Assembly: GCA_040289515.1 (NCBI GenBank)
Contig: PSLI01000041.1
Span: forward strand, 1 to 16,219
Direction: 5' to 3'
DNA: 16,219 nt
DNA from: Candidatus Sysuimicrobiota bacterium
GTDB lineage: Bacteria; Sysuimicrobiota; Sysuimicrobiia; Sysuimicrobiales; Sysuimicrobiaceae
Shown here: positions 1-7,058 of the stretch, piece by piece
Layout: each line of letters starts with the position of its first letter
Numbering within the stretch: the stretch's first letter is position 1
Notes under the pieces: model-generated
Seen by the model: only the letters and a program-made list of their open reading frames with translations
Databases searched by the model: none
What the model was told of the DNA's origin: nothing
Position numbers and translations under genes: made by a program

Positions 1-653
1 GGAGTGACTCGGTGAGCGCTTTGGCTGTTGCGGCGGTATAACCCGATGGGAGCTGCTTTTACACCACTTGACGGGACCCGGCCCTGAGGCATTTTCAGCC
101 CCTCGCGTACCGGTTGTGGCGGTGAGCCGATGCGTTAAAACCGGGCCGTGTCCACGGAGCTCCCAGTCCGGCTCCGCGCAGTTCGATTTCAGGAATCACG
201 GCCGCGTCCTTCCCCCAAGGAAACCAAGGTAGCCAACAGTTCCGTGCGTTGCCCCGTCTAACCCCCAGGAGCCTTAGCCTGTTGTGCGGGAAGTTGGCCA
301 ACCCTCACGCCTGCACTGCTCGCCCCGACGCTCTGCCACCTGCCTTGCCCCGACCGCATCGCCCAGCCGCTAGGCTTGGTCAGGTGGCCCATAGCCTCCC
401 TTAGCCCCGATGATACGCGACAAGGTGTTCGCCCCCTGCCGCAGGCTGGCTTCGGCAGGTGCCCCCTCGGGCTGCCCACCAGGTCGGGTACAAGCCGACT
501 GGTGCAGGGCGCCCGCCGCGGCCCTCCGTTCTCCTGCCGCGGCCCGCCTTACGAAGCCCTGCGCACCTCCGCCGTCACCGGGATGGGGTTGGCGAACGCA
601 AACACGGCGGGGCAGCGGGCCCGCGGCTCCTGTCGGGCCTCTGCCCGAGGGGT

Positions 654-1985
654 TTACCCTGCCAGGGCGGCGTCCCGAACGGACTCACCACGCAGCACCC
701 AGGAGCCCGCCTCCCGGATGCGCACGGATACCAGGCGGCCCACCAGGTCCGCGGAGCCGTCCAGGGCAACCACCTTGTTGGTGCGGGTGCGTCCCACGAC
801 CCCGCCGTGCCGGCCCACCTCCTCCACCAGAACCTCCTGGGTGGTCCCCACCAGGGCCTGGTTGCGGGCGAACGCCACCCGCTCCGCCAGCTGGTTGAGG
901 GCCCACAAGCGGCGCTGCTTGGTGAGCTCGTCCACCTGGTCGGGGAAGGTGGCGGCCTTCGTGCCCGGACGCGGGGAGTAGGCGGCGGTGTTGCACGCGT
1001 CGAACCCCACCCGCTCCACGAGCCGCAGGGTGTTCTCGAACTGCGCTTCGGTCTCCCCCGGGAACCCCACGATGAGATCTGTGGTGATGCTGGCGTGGGA
1101 CATGTAGTGCCGGATGAGGTCCACCGTCCGCAGGTAGTCGGACACGGTGTACGTGCGGTGCATGCGCCGCAGGATCTCGTCGTCTCCGGACTGGACCGGC
1201 AGGTGCACGTGCTCGCACACCTTCGGCAGCTCCGCCACGGTCCGGATGAGCTTCTCCGTCATGTCGCGCGGGTGGCTGGTGGTGAAGCGGATGCGCTGGA
1301 TCCCCTCCACCTCGTGCACCCGGCACAGGAGCTCCGCCAGGTCGGTCCGCGGGCGCAAGTCGTGGCCGTAGGAGTCCACGTTCTGGCCCAGGAGGGTGAC
1401 CTCCACGAACCCCTGCGCGGCCAGCTCCCGGACCTCCGCCACCACCTGCTCGGGCGGTACGCTGCGCTCCCGGCCCCGCACGAAGGGCACGATGCAGAAG
1501 GTGCAGAACTTGTTGCAGCCGTGGATGATGTTGACATACCCGCGCACGCGGCCCCGACGTGCCGCAGGGAGCACGGGCAGGGGCTCGTCCTTGGGGCGGC
1601 GGTCCCACACCTCGTAGACCCGCTGGCAGCCCTCCTGCACTTGGCGCAGCAGCTCGGGCAGCCGGTGCAGGTTGTGCACCCCGAAGACCAGGTCCACGTG
1701 GGGGGCCCGCCGCAGCACCTCCTCGCGGTCCTTCTGCACCAGACACCCCGCCACCCCCAGGATCAGTCCCGGTTTACGCTGCTTGAGGCGCCGCAGCTCG
1801 CCCAACCGCCCGTAGGCGCGCTCGTCCGCGCCCTCCCGCACGGTGCAGGTGTTGATCAGCACCACGTCCGCGTCCTCCGGGTGCTCCGCGGGCTCGTAGC
1901 CCATGGACTCCAGGAGGCCCGCGAGGGTCTCGGAGTCGCGGACGTTCATCTGGCAGCCGTAGGTGACGACGTGGTAGCGCGGCAT
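654..1985 (-). CDS. miaB: tRNA-2-methylthio-N6-dimethylallyladenosine synthase MiaB (radical SAM methylthiotransferase), 443 aa
   Basis: Start trimmed to ATG 1985 (MPRYHVVTYGCQMNVRDSE). The MiaB-type GCQMN, NTCTVRE and GVAGC motifs, the radical SAM CNKFCTFC followed by IVPFVRGRERS, LLGQNVDSYG, DLIVGFPGET, YSPRPGT and a C-terminal TRAM-like domain are all present. The upstream part of the 729-aa ORF overlaps other genes and is spurious. Confidence 0.95.
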   Translation of the reverse strand: MPRYHVVTYGCQMNVRDSETLAGLLESMGYEPAEHPEDADVVLINTCTVREGADERAYGRLGELRRLKQRKPGLILGVAGCLVQKDREEVLRRAPHVDLVFGVHNLHRLPELLRQVQEGCQRVYEVWDRRPKDEPLPVLPAARRGRVRGYVNIIHGCNKFCTFCIVPFVRGRERSVPPEQVVAEVRELAAQGFVEVTLLGQNVDSYGHDLRPRTDLAELLCRVHEVEGIQRIRFTTSHPRDMTEKLIRTVAELPKVCEHVHLPVQSGDDEILRRMHRTYTVSDYLRTVDLIRHYMSHASITTDLIVGFPGETEAQFENTLRLVERVGFDACNTAAYSPRPGTKAATFPDQVDELTKQRRLWALNQLAERVAFARNQALVGTTQEVLVEEVGRHGGVVGRTRTNKVVALDGSADLVGRLVSVRIREAGSWVLRGESVRDAALAG

Positions 1986-2491
1986 GCTAGGCCCTGGTCC
2001 CCCCCTTCCGGCCGCAGCACCGGCAGCAGCAGGCGGAACACCGCGAGGCTGATCCCGCTGTCCAGCAGGTGGTGGAGGACGTTGCCCGCAGCTACGAACA
2101 GCCCCGCCTGGAACCCCTTGCCCGGCCACCACACCGCCAGCCCTTGCCCCAGCCCGTGCACGGGAAGGACCGCCGCGAGGGCCGCCCAGAAGGGCCAGCC
2201 GCGCTGGATCAGGACCGCCCCCCTGAGCCCCCACACCGCGTGGGTGAACGCGCGGGCCCCGATGACGGGGTTGAGGGTGATGGTGAAGCCCACCGCAGAA
2301 CCCAGGCCCACTAGGGCCGTCGCGGCCGGGCTGACCAGCATGGACAGGATGGAGGGTACGTGGGAGGCGAAGGTGGCGGAGTAGGCCACCACGAGGATGA
2401 ACAGCTGCAACGGCGTCCCGCGGAACGTGAAGGGAATTCGTAACGCCAGCGCGGTGAGCAACCCGCCCACGGTGATCTCCCGTGTGTTCAT
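1946..2491 (-). CDS. ECF transporter substrate-binding (S) component, NiaX-like (putative niacin), 181 aa; possibly degenerating
   Basis: ATG at 2491 follows purine-rich GGGGAGAAGGGG. The protein is hydrophobic, with SATFASHVP, SP-x4-VGLGSAVGF, ARAFTH, PVH and LHHLLD motifs that recall NiaX-family S components. Family assigned from memory of motifs, not from a search. Confidence 0.65.
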   Translation of the reverse strand: MNTREITVGGLLTALALRIPFTFRGTPLQLFILVVAYSATFASHVPSILSMLVSPAATALVGLGSAVGFTITLNPVIGARAFTHAVWGLRGAVLIQRGWPFWAALAAVLPVHGLGQGLAVWWPGKGFQAGLFVAAGNVLHHLLDSGISLAVFRLLLPVLRPEGGDQGLACRATTSSPTAAR

Positions 2492-2559
2492 GAACCCCTT
2501 CTCCCCAGCATGATACACCGGCTGCGTGGGCCAGGCTTGCCCCGGGCGGCGTCGCAGTC

Positions 2560-2593
2560 CCAAGGGCCTGTCCCCGTAGGGACAGGCCCTTGG
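2560..2593. repeat. Perfect 15-bp inverted repeat (REP-like stem-loop) just downstream of carB
   Basis: CCAAGGGCCTGTCCC-cgta-GGGACAGGCCCTTGG. On the minus (transcribed) strand the loop is C(UACG)G. No U-tract follows it. Confidence 0.8.
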
Positions 2594-2610
2594 TCTGGCC
2601 AGCAGACCGT

Positions 2611-5600
2611 TCAGCCGAGGGCCGCGGGGCCCGCGGTGGGCTGCGGAACCCCCACCGCGTCCGCCACCTCCAGGGCGTCCAGCAGGGCCCAGGCGGTCTC
2701 CAGGCAGGTGAGGCACGGCACCCGCGCCTCCGCGGCGGCCCGCCGCAGCCGGAAGCCCGGCCGGGAGGGGTCGTGGCCTGCGGTGGGGACGCACACCACG
2801 GCCCCCGCGGAACGGGCCCTAACCGCTTCTGTGGCTTCCTCATAGCTCACCCGCCGGTGCGGGATCCCCGCCCTCTGTAGCGCCTCCGAGGTGCCAGCGG
2901 TCGCCCACAGCTGCAGGCCCATATCCGCGGCACGTCGCGCCAGCCGCAAGCTCTCCCGGCGGTGCCGCGGCGCCACGGACAACACCAGGGGGCCTTGCAG
3001 GGGCAGACGCACCCCCGCGGCCATGAACGCCTTGTACAGGGCACCGGCTAGGTGCCGGTCCAGCCCGATGACCTCGCCCGTGGACCGCATCTCAGGCCCC
3101 AGGGCCACCTCGGAGCCCGGGAGCTTTTCGTGGCTGAACACGGGTGCTTTCACCCCCACCTGGCGCGGCGCGGGCAGATGGTACACGCCCGGAAAGCCCA
3201 GGTCCTCCAGGGAGGCACCCAGCATGACCCGTGTGGCCACCTGCACCAGGGGGAATCCCAGGACCTTGCTCACGAAGGGCACCGTTCGGCTGGCCCGCAG
3301 GTTCACCTCCAGGAGATACACGCGGTACTGATGCACCACGAACTGCGCGTTGAGGAAGCCGCGCACCTGGAGGGCGCGGTTCAACAGCTGCAGGATCTCC
3401 GTGACGCGCCCGGCCACCTCGGGGGGCAGGTGCGGGGCGGGGAACACCGTCATGCTGTCCCCGGAGTGCACCCCGGCCCGCTCCACGTGCTGCATGAAGC
3501 CGGGCACGAGCAGGTTCACCCCGTCGCCGATGGCGTCCACCTCCAGCTCCACCCCGGGCAGGTACCGGTCCACCAGGACCGGCCGCTGCAGGTCCACGGC
3601 CACGGCAGCCCGAACCACGCGGTCCAGCTCCTCCTGCGAGTACACCACCCGCATGGCACGGCCACCGAGGACGTACGAGGGACGTACGAGCACCGGCAGC
3701 CCCACCCGCAGCACCAGGGCCCGTGCTTCCTCCACGGAACGCACCGCACCGCCGGGCGGGCGGGGAACTCCCAGCTGCGCCAGCAGGGCGTCGAACTTCT
3801 CCCGGTCCTCGGAGACGTCCAGGCTCTCCACCGACGTACCGAGGATGGGCACGCCGGCGCGATGGAGGGGCCCCGCGAGATTCAGGGCCGTCTGCCCCCC
3901 AAACTGCACCAGCACGCCCACGGGATGCTCCTTTTCTACCACGTGGAGGACGTCCTCCACGGAGAGGGGTTCGAAGTACAGCCGATCGGAGATGTCGAAG
4001 TCCGTACTCACGGTCTCCGGGTTGCAGTTCACCACCACGGCCCGCAGGCCCGCCTCCCGCAGGGACCGCACCGCGTGCACGGTGCTGTAGTCAAACTCGA
4101 TGCCCTGCGCGATACGGATGGGCCCGGAGCCCAGCACCACCGCGCACGGGCGCGGGTCCTCCTCCGCCTCGTCTTCCTCCTCGTACGTGCTGTAGTAGTA
4201 CGGGGTAACCGCGGGGAACTCACCCGCGCAGGTGTCCACCAGCTTGTAGGTGGGCCGCAGGCCGAAAGCGCGCCGCCGGGCCCGCACGTCCTCCTCCGTG
4301 GTCTGCCACAGCCGCGCCACCTCTGCATCCGACAGGCCCACCCGCTTGGCCTCCCCCAGGGCCTCCGAGGAGCGGTCCTGCTGCAGGCGCCGCTCCAGCT
4401 CCACCACCCGCAAAAGCTCCCCCACGAAGAAGGGGTCCGCCAGGCTGCGGCGGCTCAGCTCCGCGGGGTCTGCGCCCCGCCGCAGCAGCTCCGCCATGGC
4501 CCACAGCCGCTCGTCGCAAGGGGTCTGGGTGCGCACCCACAGGACTTCGTCCGGCAGAGCGCCCAGCCGCGGGTGGTACAGGCCCACGGTCCCCGCCTCC
4601 ACGGAGCGGGCCGCCTTCAGCAGCGCCTCCGTGAAGGTGCGGCCGATGGCCATCACCTCCCCGGTGGACTTCATCTGGGTACCCAACCGGCGGTCGGACT
4701 CGCCGAACTTGTCGAAGGGCCAGCGGGGCAGCTTCACCACCACGTAGTCCAGGGCCGGCTCGAAGCACGCGGTGCCCCGGGTGATAGGGTTCTGGATCTC
4801 CCACAGGCGGTAGCCCACCGCGATCTTCGCCGCCACCCGGGCGATGGGGTAGCCCGTGGCCTTGCTGGCCAGGGCGCTGCTGCGGGACAGCCGCGGGTTC
4901 ACCTCGATGACGTAGTAGCGCTCGGAGGCGGGGTCCAGGGCGAACTGCACGTTGCACGCCCCGCGCACGTCCAGGGCGCGCACGATGCGCAGGGCGGCGC
5001 TGCGGAGCATCTGGTGCTCCCGGTCGCTGAGGGTCAGGCTGGGGGCCACCACAATGCTGTCCCCCGTGTGCACACCCATGGGGTCCACGTTCTCCATGTT
5101 GCACACGGTAATGGTGTTGTCGTCCGTGTCCCGCGCCACCTCGTACTCGACCTCCTTCCACCCGCGCAGGCTGCGCTCCACCAGAACCTGGCCGATGGGG
5201 CTGGCGGCGATGCCGCGGGCGGCCACCTTGTACACGGCCTCGGGCCCCTCCGCCAGCCCGCCGCCCGTCCCGCCCAAGGTGAAGGCCGGCCGGATGACCA
5301 CCTCGCTAGCGAGGGCCTGTGCGAAGGCCACCGCTTCTTCGGGGCTGGAGGCCACCGCGCTCTCCGGCACCGGCTCGCCGATCCGGGTCATCAGGTCGCG
5401 GAACCGCTGCCGGTCCTCCGCGTCGTGAATACCGCGCAGGGGCGTGCCCAGCAGCTCCACCCCCAGCCGGTCCAACACACCCAGCCGAGCCAGCTCCGCG
5501 GCCAGGTTCAGGGCCACCTGCCCGCCCAGGGTGGCCAGGAGCCCCTGCGGCCGCTCGGCCTCCAGTACCCGGGCCACGGACTCCGCGGTGAGCGGCTCCA

Positions 5601-5796
5601 GGTACACGCGGTCCGCGGTTTCCGGGTCGGTCATGATGGTGGCGGGGTTGCTGTTGACCAGGACAACCTCGATGCCCTCCTCCGCCAAGGCCCGGCACGC
5701 CTGGGTGCCCGAGTAGTCGAACTCCGCGGCCTGGCCGATGACGATGGGGCCGGAGCCGATCACCACTACCTTGTGCAGGTCGGGCCGCCGGGGCAT
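2611..5796 (-). CDS. carB: Carbamoyl-phosphate synthase large subunit, 1061 aa
   Basis: Begins MPRRPDLHKVVVIGSGPIVIGQAAEFDYSGTQAC. Contains NSNPATIMTD, RPAFTLGGTGGG, GVHTGDS and IEVNPRLSRSSALASKATG, then a second ATP-grasp half (GSGPIRIAQGIEFDY, NCNPETVSTD, RPSYVLGG, GVHSGDS) and a C-terminal MGS-like region. The ATG lies 1 nt after the carA stop. Confidence 0.98.
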   Translation of the reverse strand: MPRRPDLHKVVVIGSGPIVIGQAAEFDYSGTQACRALAEEGIEVVLVNSNPATIMTDPETADRVYLEPLTAESVARVLEAERPQGLLATLGGQVALNLAAELARLGVLDRLGVELLGTPLRGIHDAEDRQRFRDLMTRIGEPVPESAVASSPEEAVAFAQALASEVVIRPAFTLGGTGGGLAEGPEAVYKVAARGIAASPIGQVLVERSLRGWKEVEYEVARDTDDNTITVCNMENVDPMGVHTGDSIVVAPSLTLSDREHQMLRSAALRIVRALDVRGACNVQFALDPASERYYVIEVNPRLSRSSALASKATGYPIARVAAKIAVGYRLWEIQNPITRGTACFEPALDYVVVKLPRWPFDKFGESDRRLGTQMKSTGEVMAIGRTFTEALLKAARSVEAGTVGLYHPRLGALPDEVLWVRTQTPCDERLWAMAELLRRGADPAELSRRSLADPFFVGELLRVVELERRLQQDRSSEALGEAKRVGLSDAEVARLWQTTEEDVRARRRAFGLRPTYKLVDTCAGEFPAVTPYYYSTYEEEDEAEEDPRPCAVVLGSGPIRIAQGIEFDYSTVHAVRSLREAGLRAVVVNCNPETVSTDFDISDRLYFEPLSVEDVLHVVEKEHPVGVLVQFGGQTALNLAGPLHRAGVPILGTSVESLDVSEDREKFDALLAQLGVPRPPGGAVRSVEEARALVLRVGLPVLVRPSYVLGGRAMRVVYSQEELDRVVRAAVAVDLQRPVLVDRYLPGVELEVDAIGDGVNLLVPGFMQHVERAGVHSGDSMTVFPAPHLPPEVAGRVTEILQLLNRALQVRGFLNAQFVVHQYRVYLLEVNLRASRTVPFVSKVLGFPLVQVATRVMLGASLEDLGFPGVYHLPAPRQVGVKAPVFSHEKLPGSEVALGPEMRSTGEVIGLDRHLAGALYKAFMAAGVRLPLQGPLVLSVAPRHRRESLRLARRAADMGLQLWATAGTSEALQRAGIPHRRVSYEEATEAVRARSAGAVVCVPTAGHDPSRPGFRLRRAAAEARVPCLTCLETAWALLDALEVADAVGVPQPTAGPAALG

Positions 5797-5797
5797 G

Positions 5798-6895
5798 CTA
5801 CATTGCCCCCCCTGCGCGTGTTGCCGGCTGCAGCCGCTCCAGGAACCGGTCGAACAGGTCCCGGGAGTCGCGGGGCCCGGGCCTGGCCTCGGGGTGGAAC
5901 TGCACGGCAAAGACGGGCAGCTGCTCGTGCTCCAGCCCCTCCACGGTGCCGTCGTGCAGGTTCCGGTGGGTCACCCGCAGCCCTGTGTCCGCCAGGCTGG
6001 CCTCATCCACCGCGTAGCCGTGGTTCTGGGTGGTGATGCGGACCCGGCCGGAGCCCACCTCCAGAACCGGGTGGTTGGAGCCGCGGTGTCCAAAGGGCAG
6101 TTTGAAGGTGCAAGCGCCCGCGGCCAACGCCAGCAGCTGGTTGCCCAGGCACACGCCGAATACCGGCACCACACCCCACAAGGCCCGCACCTCGCGAGCG
6201 GTGGCCTGCAGGCGCGCGGGGTCTCCCGGCCCGTTGCTCAGCACCATCCCGTGCGGGTTCAGGGCCAAAATCTCGGCCGCCCTGGCACGGTGCGGGATCA
6301 CCACCACTTCACAGCCCCTGGCGTGCAGCTCGCGGGCGATGCCCAGCTTGAGCCCGCAGTCCACCACCACCACCCTGGGCCCGGGACCGGGCAGGGTGAA
6401 GGGCGCTGGCGGCGATACTTCCTCCACCACATCGACGCACGAGAGGTCCGACACCGCCCGCGCGCGCTGGACCAGGGCCTGAGGTTCCTGCGGACCCGTG
6501 GCCAGCACGCCCCGCTTGAGCCCCCCGGACCGCAGGTGGCGCACCAGCTGCCGCGTGTCCACGCCCTCCAGCGCCACCACTCCCCACCGCTGCAGGTACT
6601 CGGGCAGGGTGATCCGCCCCGCCCAGTGCCACGTGTGCGGGCTGGCGTGCCGCACCACGAACCCGCGCAGGAACGGTCGGCGGGACTCCTGCCAGAAGGG
6701 TTCCACCCCGTAGGTCCCCACCATGGGGAACGCCATCACCACAATCTGGCCCGCGTACGAGGGGTCGGTGAGGACCTCCGGGTAGCCCGTCATGCTGGTG
6801 GTAAACACCACTTCCCCGGAAGATTCGCCTTCTGCGCCCACGCTGCGACCCCGCAGCACCAGCCCGTCCTCCAGCGCCAGGTACGCTTCCGTCAT
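5798..6895 (-). CDS. carA: Carbamoyl-phosphate synthase small subunit (glutamine amidotransferase), 365 aa
   Basis: Begins MTEAYLALEDG. Contains GEVVFTTSMTGYPEVLTDPSYAGQI, LSNGPGDP, catalytic GVCLG, FGHRGSNHPV, TQNHGYAVD and VQFHPEA. GGAGG SD lies 7 nt upstream of ATG 6895. Confidence 0.98.
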   Translation of the reverse strand: MTEAYLALEDGLVLRGRSVGAEGESSGEVVFTTSMTGYPEVLTDPSYAGQIVVMAFPMVGTYGVEPFWQESRRPFLRGFVVRHASPHTWHWAGRITLPEYLQRWGVVALEGVDTRQLVRHLRSGGLKRGVLATGPQEPQALVQRARAVSDLSCVDVVEEVSPPAPFTLPGPGPRVVVVDCGLKLGIARELHARGCEVVVIPHRARAAEILALNPHGMVLSNGPGDPARLQATAREVRALWGVVPVFGVCLGNQLLALAAGACTFKLPFGHRGSNHPVLEVGSGRVRITTQNHGYAVDEASLADTGLRVTHRNLHDGTVEGLEHEQLPVFAVQFHPEARPGPRDSRDLFDRFLERLQPATRAGGAM

Positions 6896-6906
6896 CTGTC
6901 CCCTCC

Positions 6907-6944
6907 GTGGCATGAGTATGCACGAATGTGCATAGCTATACAAG
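6907..6944 (-). promoter_or_regulatory. Tandem ARG boxes (ArgR/AhrC operator) overlapping a sigma70 promoter for carA
   Basis: Minus-strand cores TGTATAGCTATGCA (6942-6929) and TGCATACTCATGCC (6922-6909) form two 18-bp boxes 2 bp apart, matching the TG(C/A)AT-N4-AT(G/T)CA pattern. They overlap -35 TTGTAT (6943-6938), a 17-nt spacer and -10 CATACT (6920-6915). Confidence 0.8.
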
Positions 6945-7024
6945 ACCCGCCACGAAGGCGCCTACGGGCGCACAGAACCGGGAAGCGGGAGCCCCTGCGG
7001 GGCAAGCGGGTGCGTGGATCCTCC

Positions 7025-7058
7025 AGCCATAGCTCCCTCCCGGAGAGCCTTCATGGCT
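7025..7058 (-). promoter_or_regulatory. PyrR-binding-site-like RNA hairpin in the extended carAB leader
   Basis: AGCCAU-GAA-GGCUCUC-CGGGA-GGGAGCU-AUGGCU folds into a 6-bp lower stem, purine bulge, 7-bp upper stem and apical CCGGGAGG. This resembles the CCUUUAA...CC(N)GNGAGG...AAGG PyrR pattern, with a compensated CCAU/AUGG lower stem. Confidence 0.5.

Noticed and set aside
1..566. Group II intron (minus-strand GTGCG at 566), RNase P RNA or tmRNA
   Set aside because: There is no recognisable intron domain or RT ORF, no GAGGAAAGUCC RNase P motif, and no tRNA-like tmRNA ends. The ...ALAVAAV* frame at 3-41 is only superficially tag-like.
654..1985. MtaB or RimO identity for the methylthiotransferase
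   Set aside because: The GCQMN and IVP-x2-RGRERS signatures indicate MiaB.
2510..2538. Promoter for the S-component gene (TATCAT at 2515-2510)
   Set aside because: There is no -35 at normal spacing and no extended -10, so support is insufficient.
1986..2843. Apparent 286-aa N-terminal extension of MiaB
   Set aside because: It overlaps the S-component gene and carB in other frames and is Arg/Pro/Gly-rich noise. MiaB homology starts at 1985.
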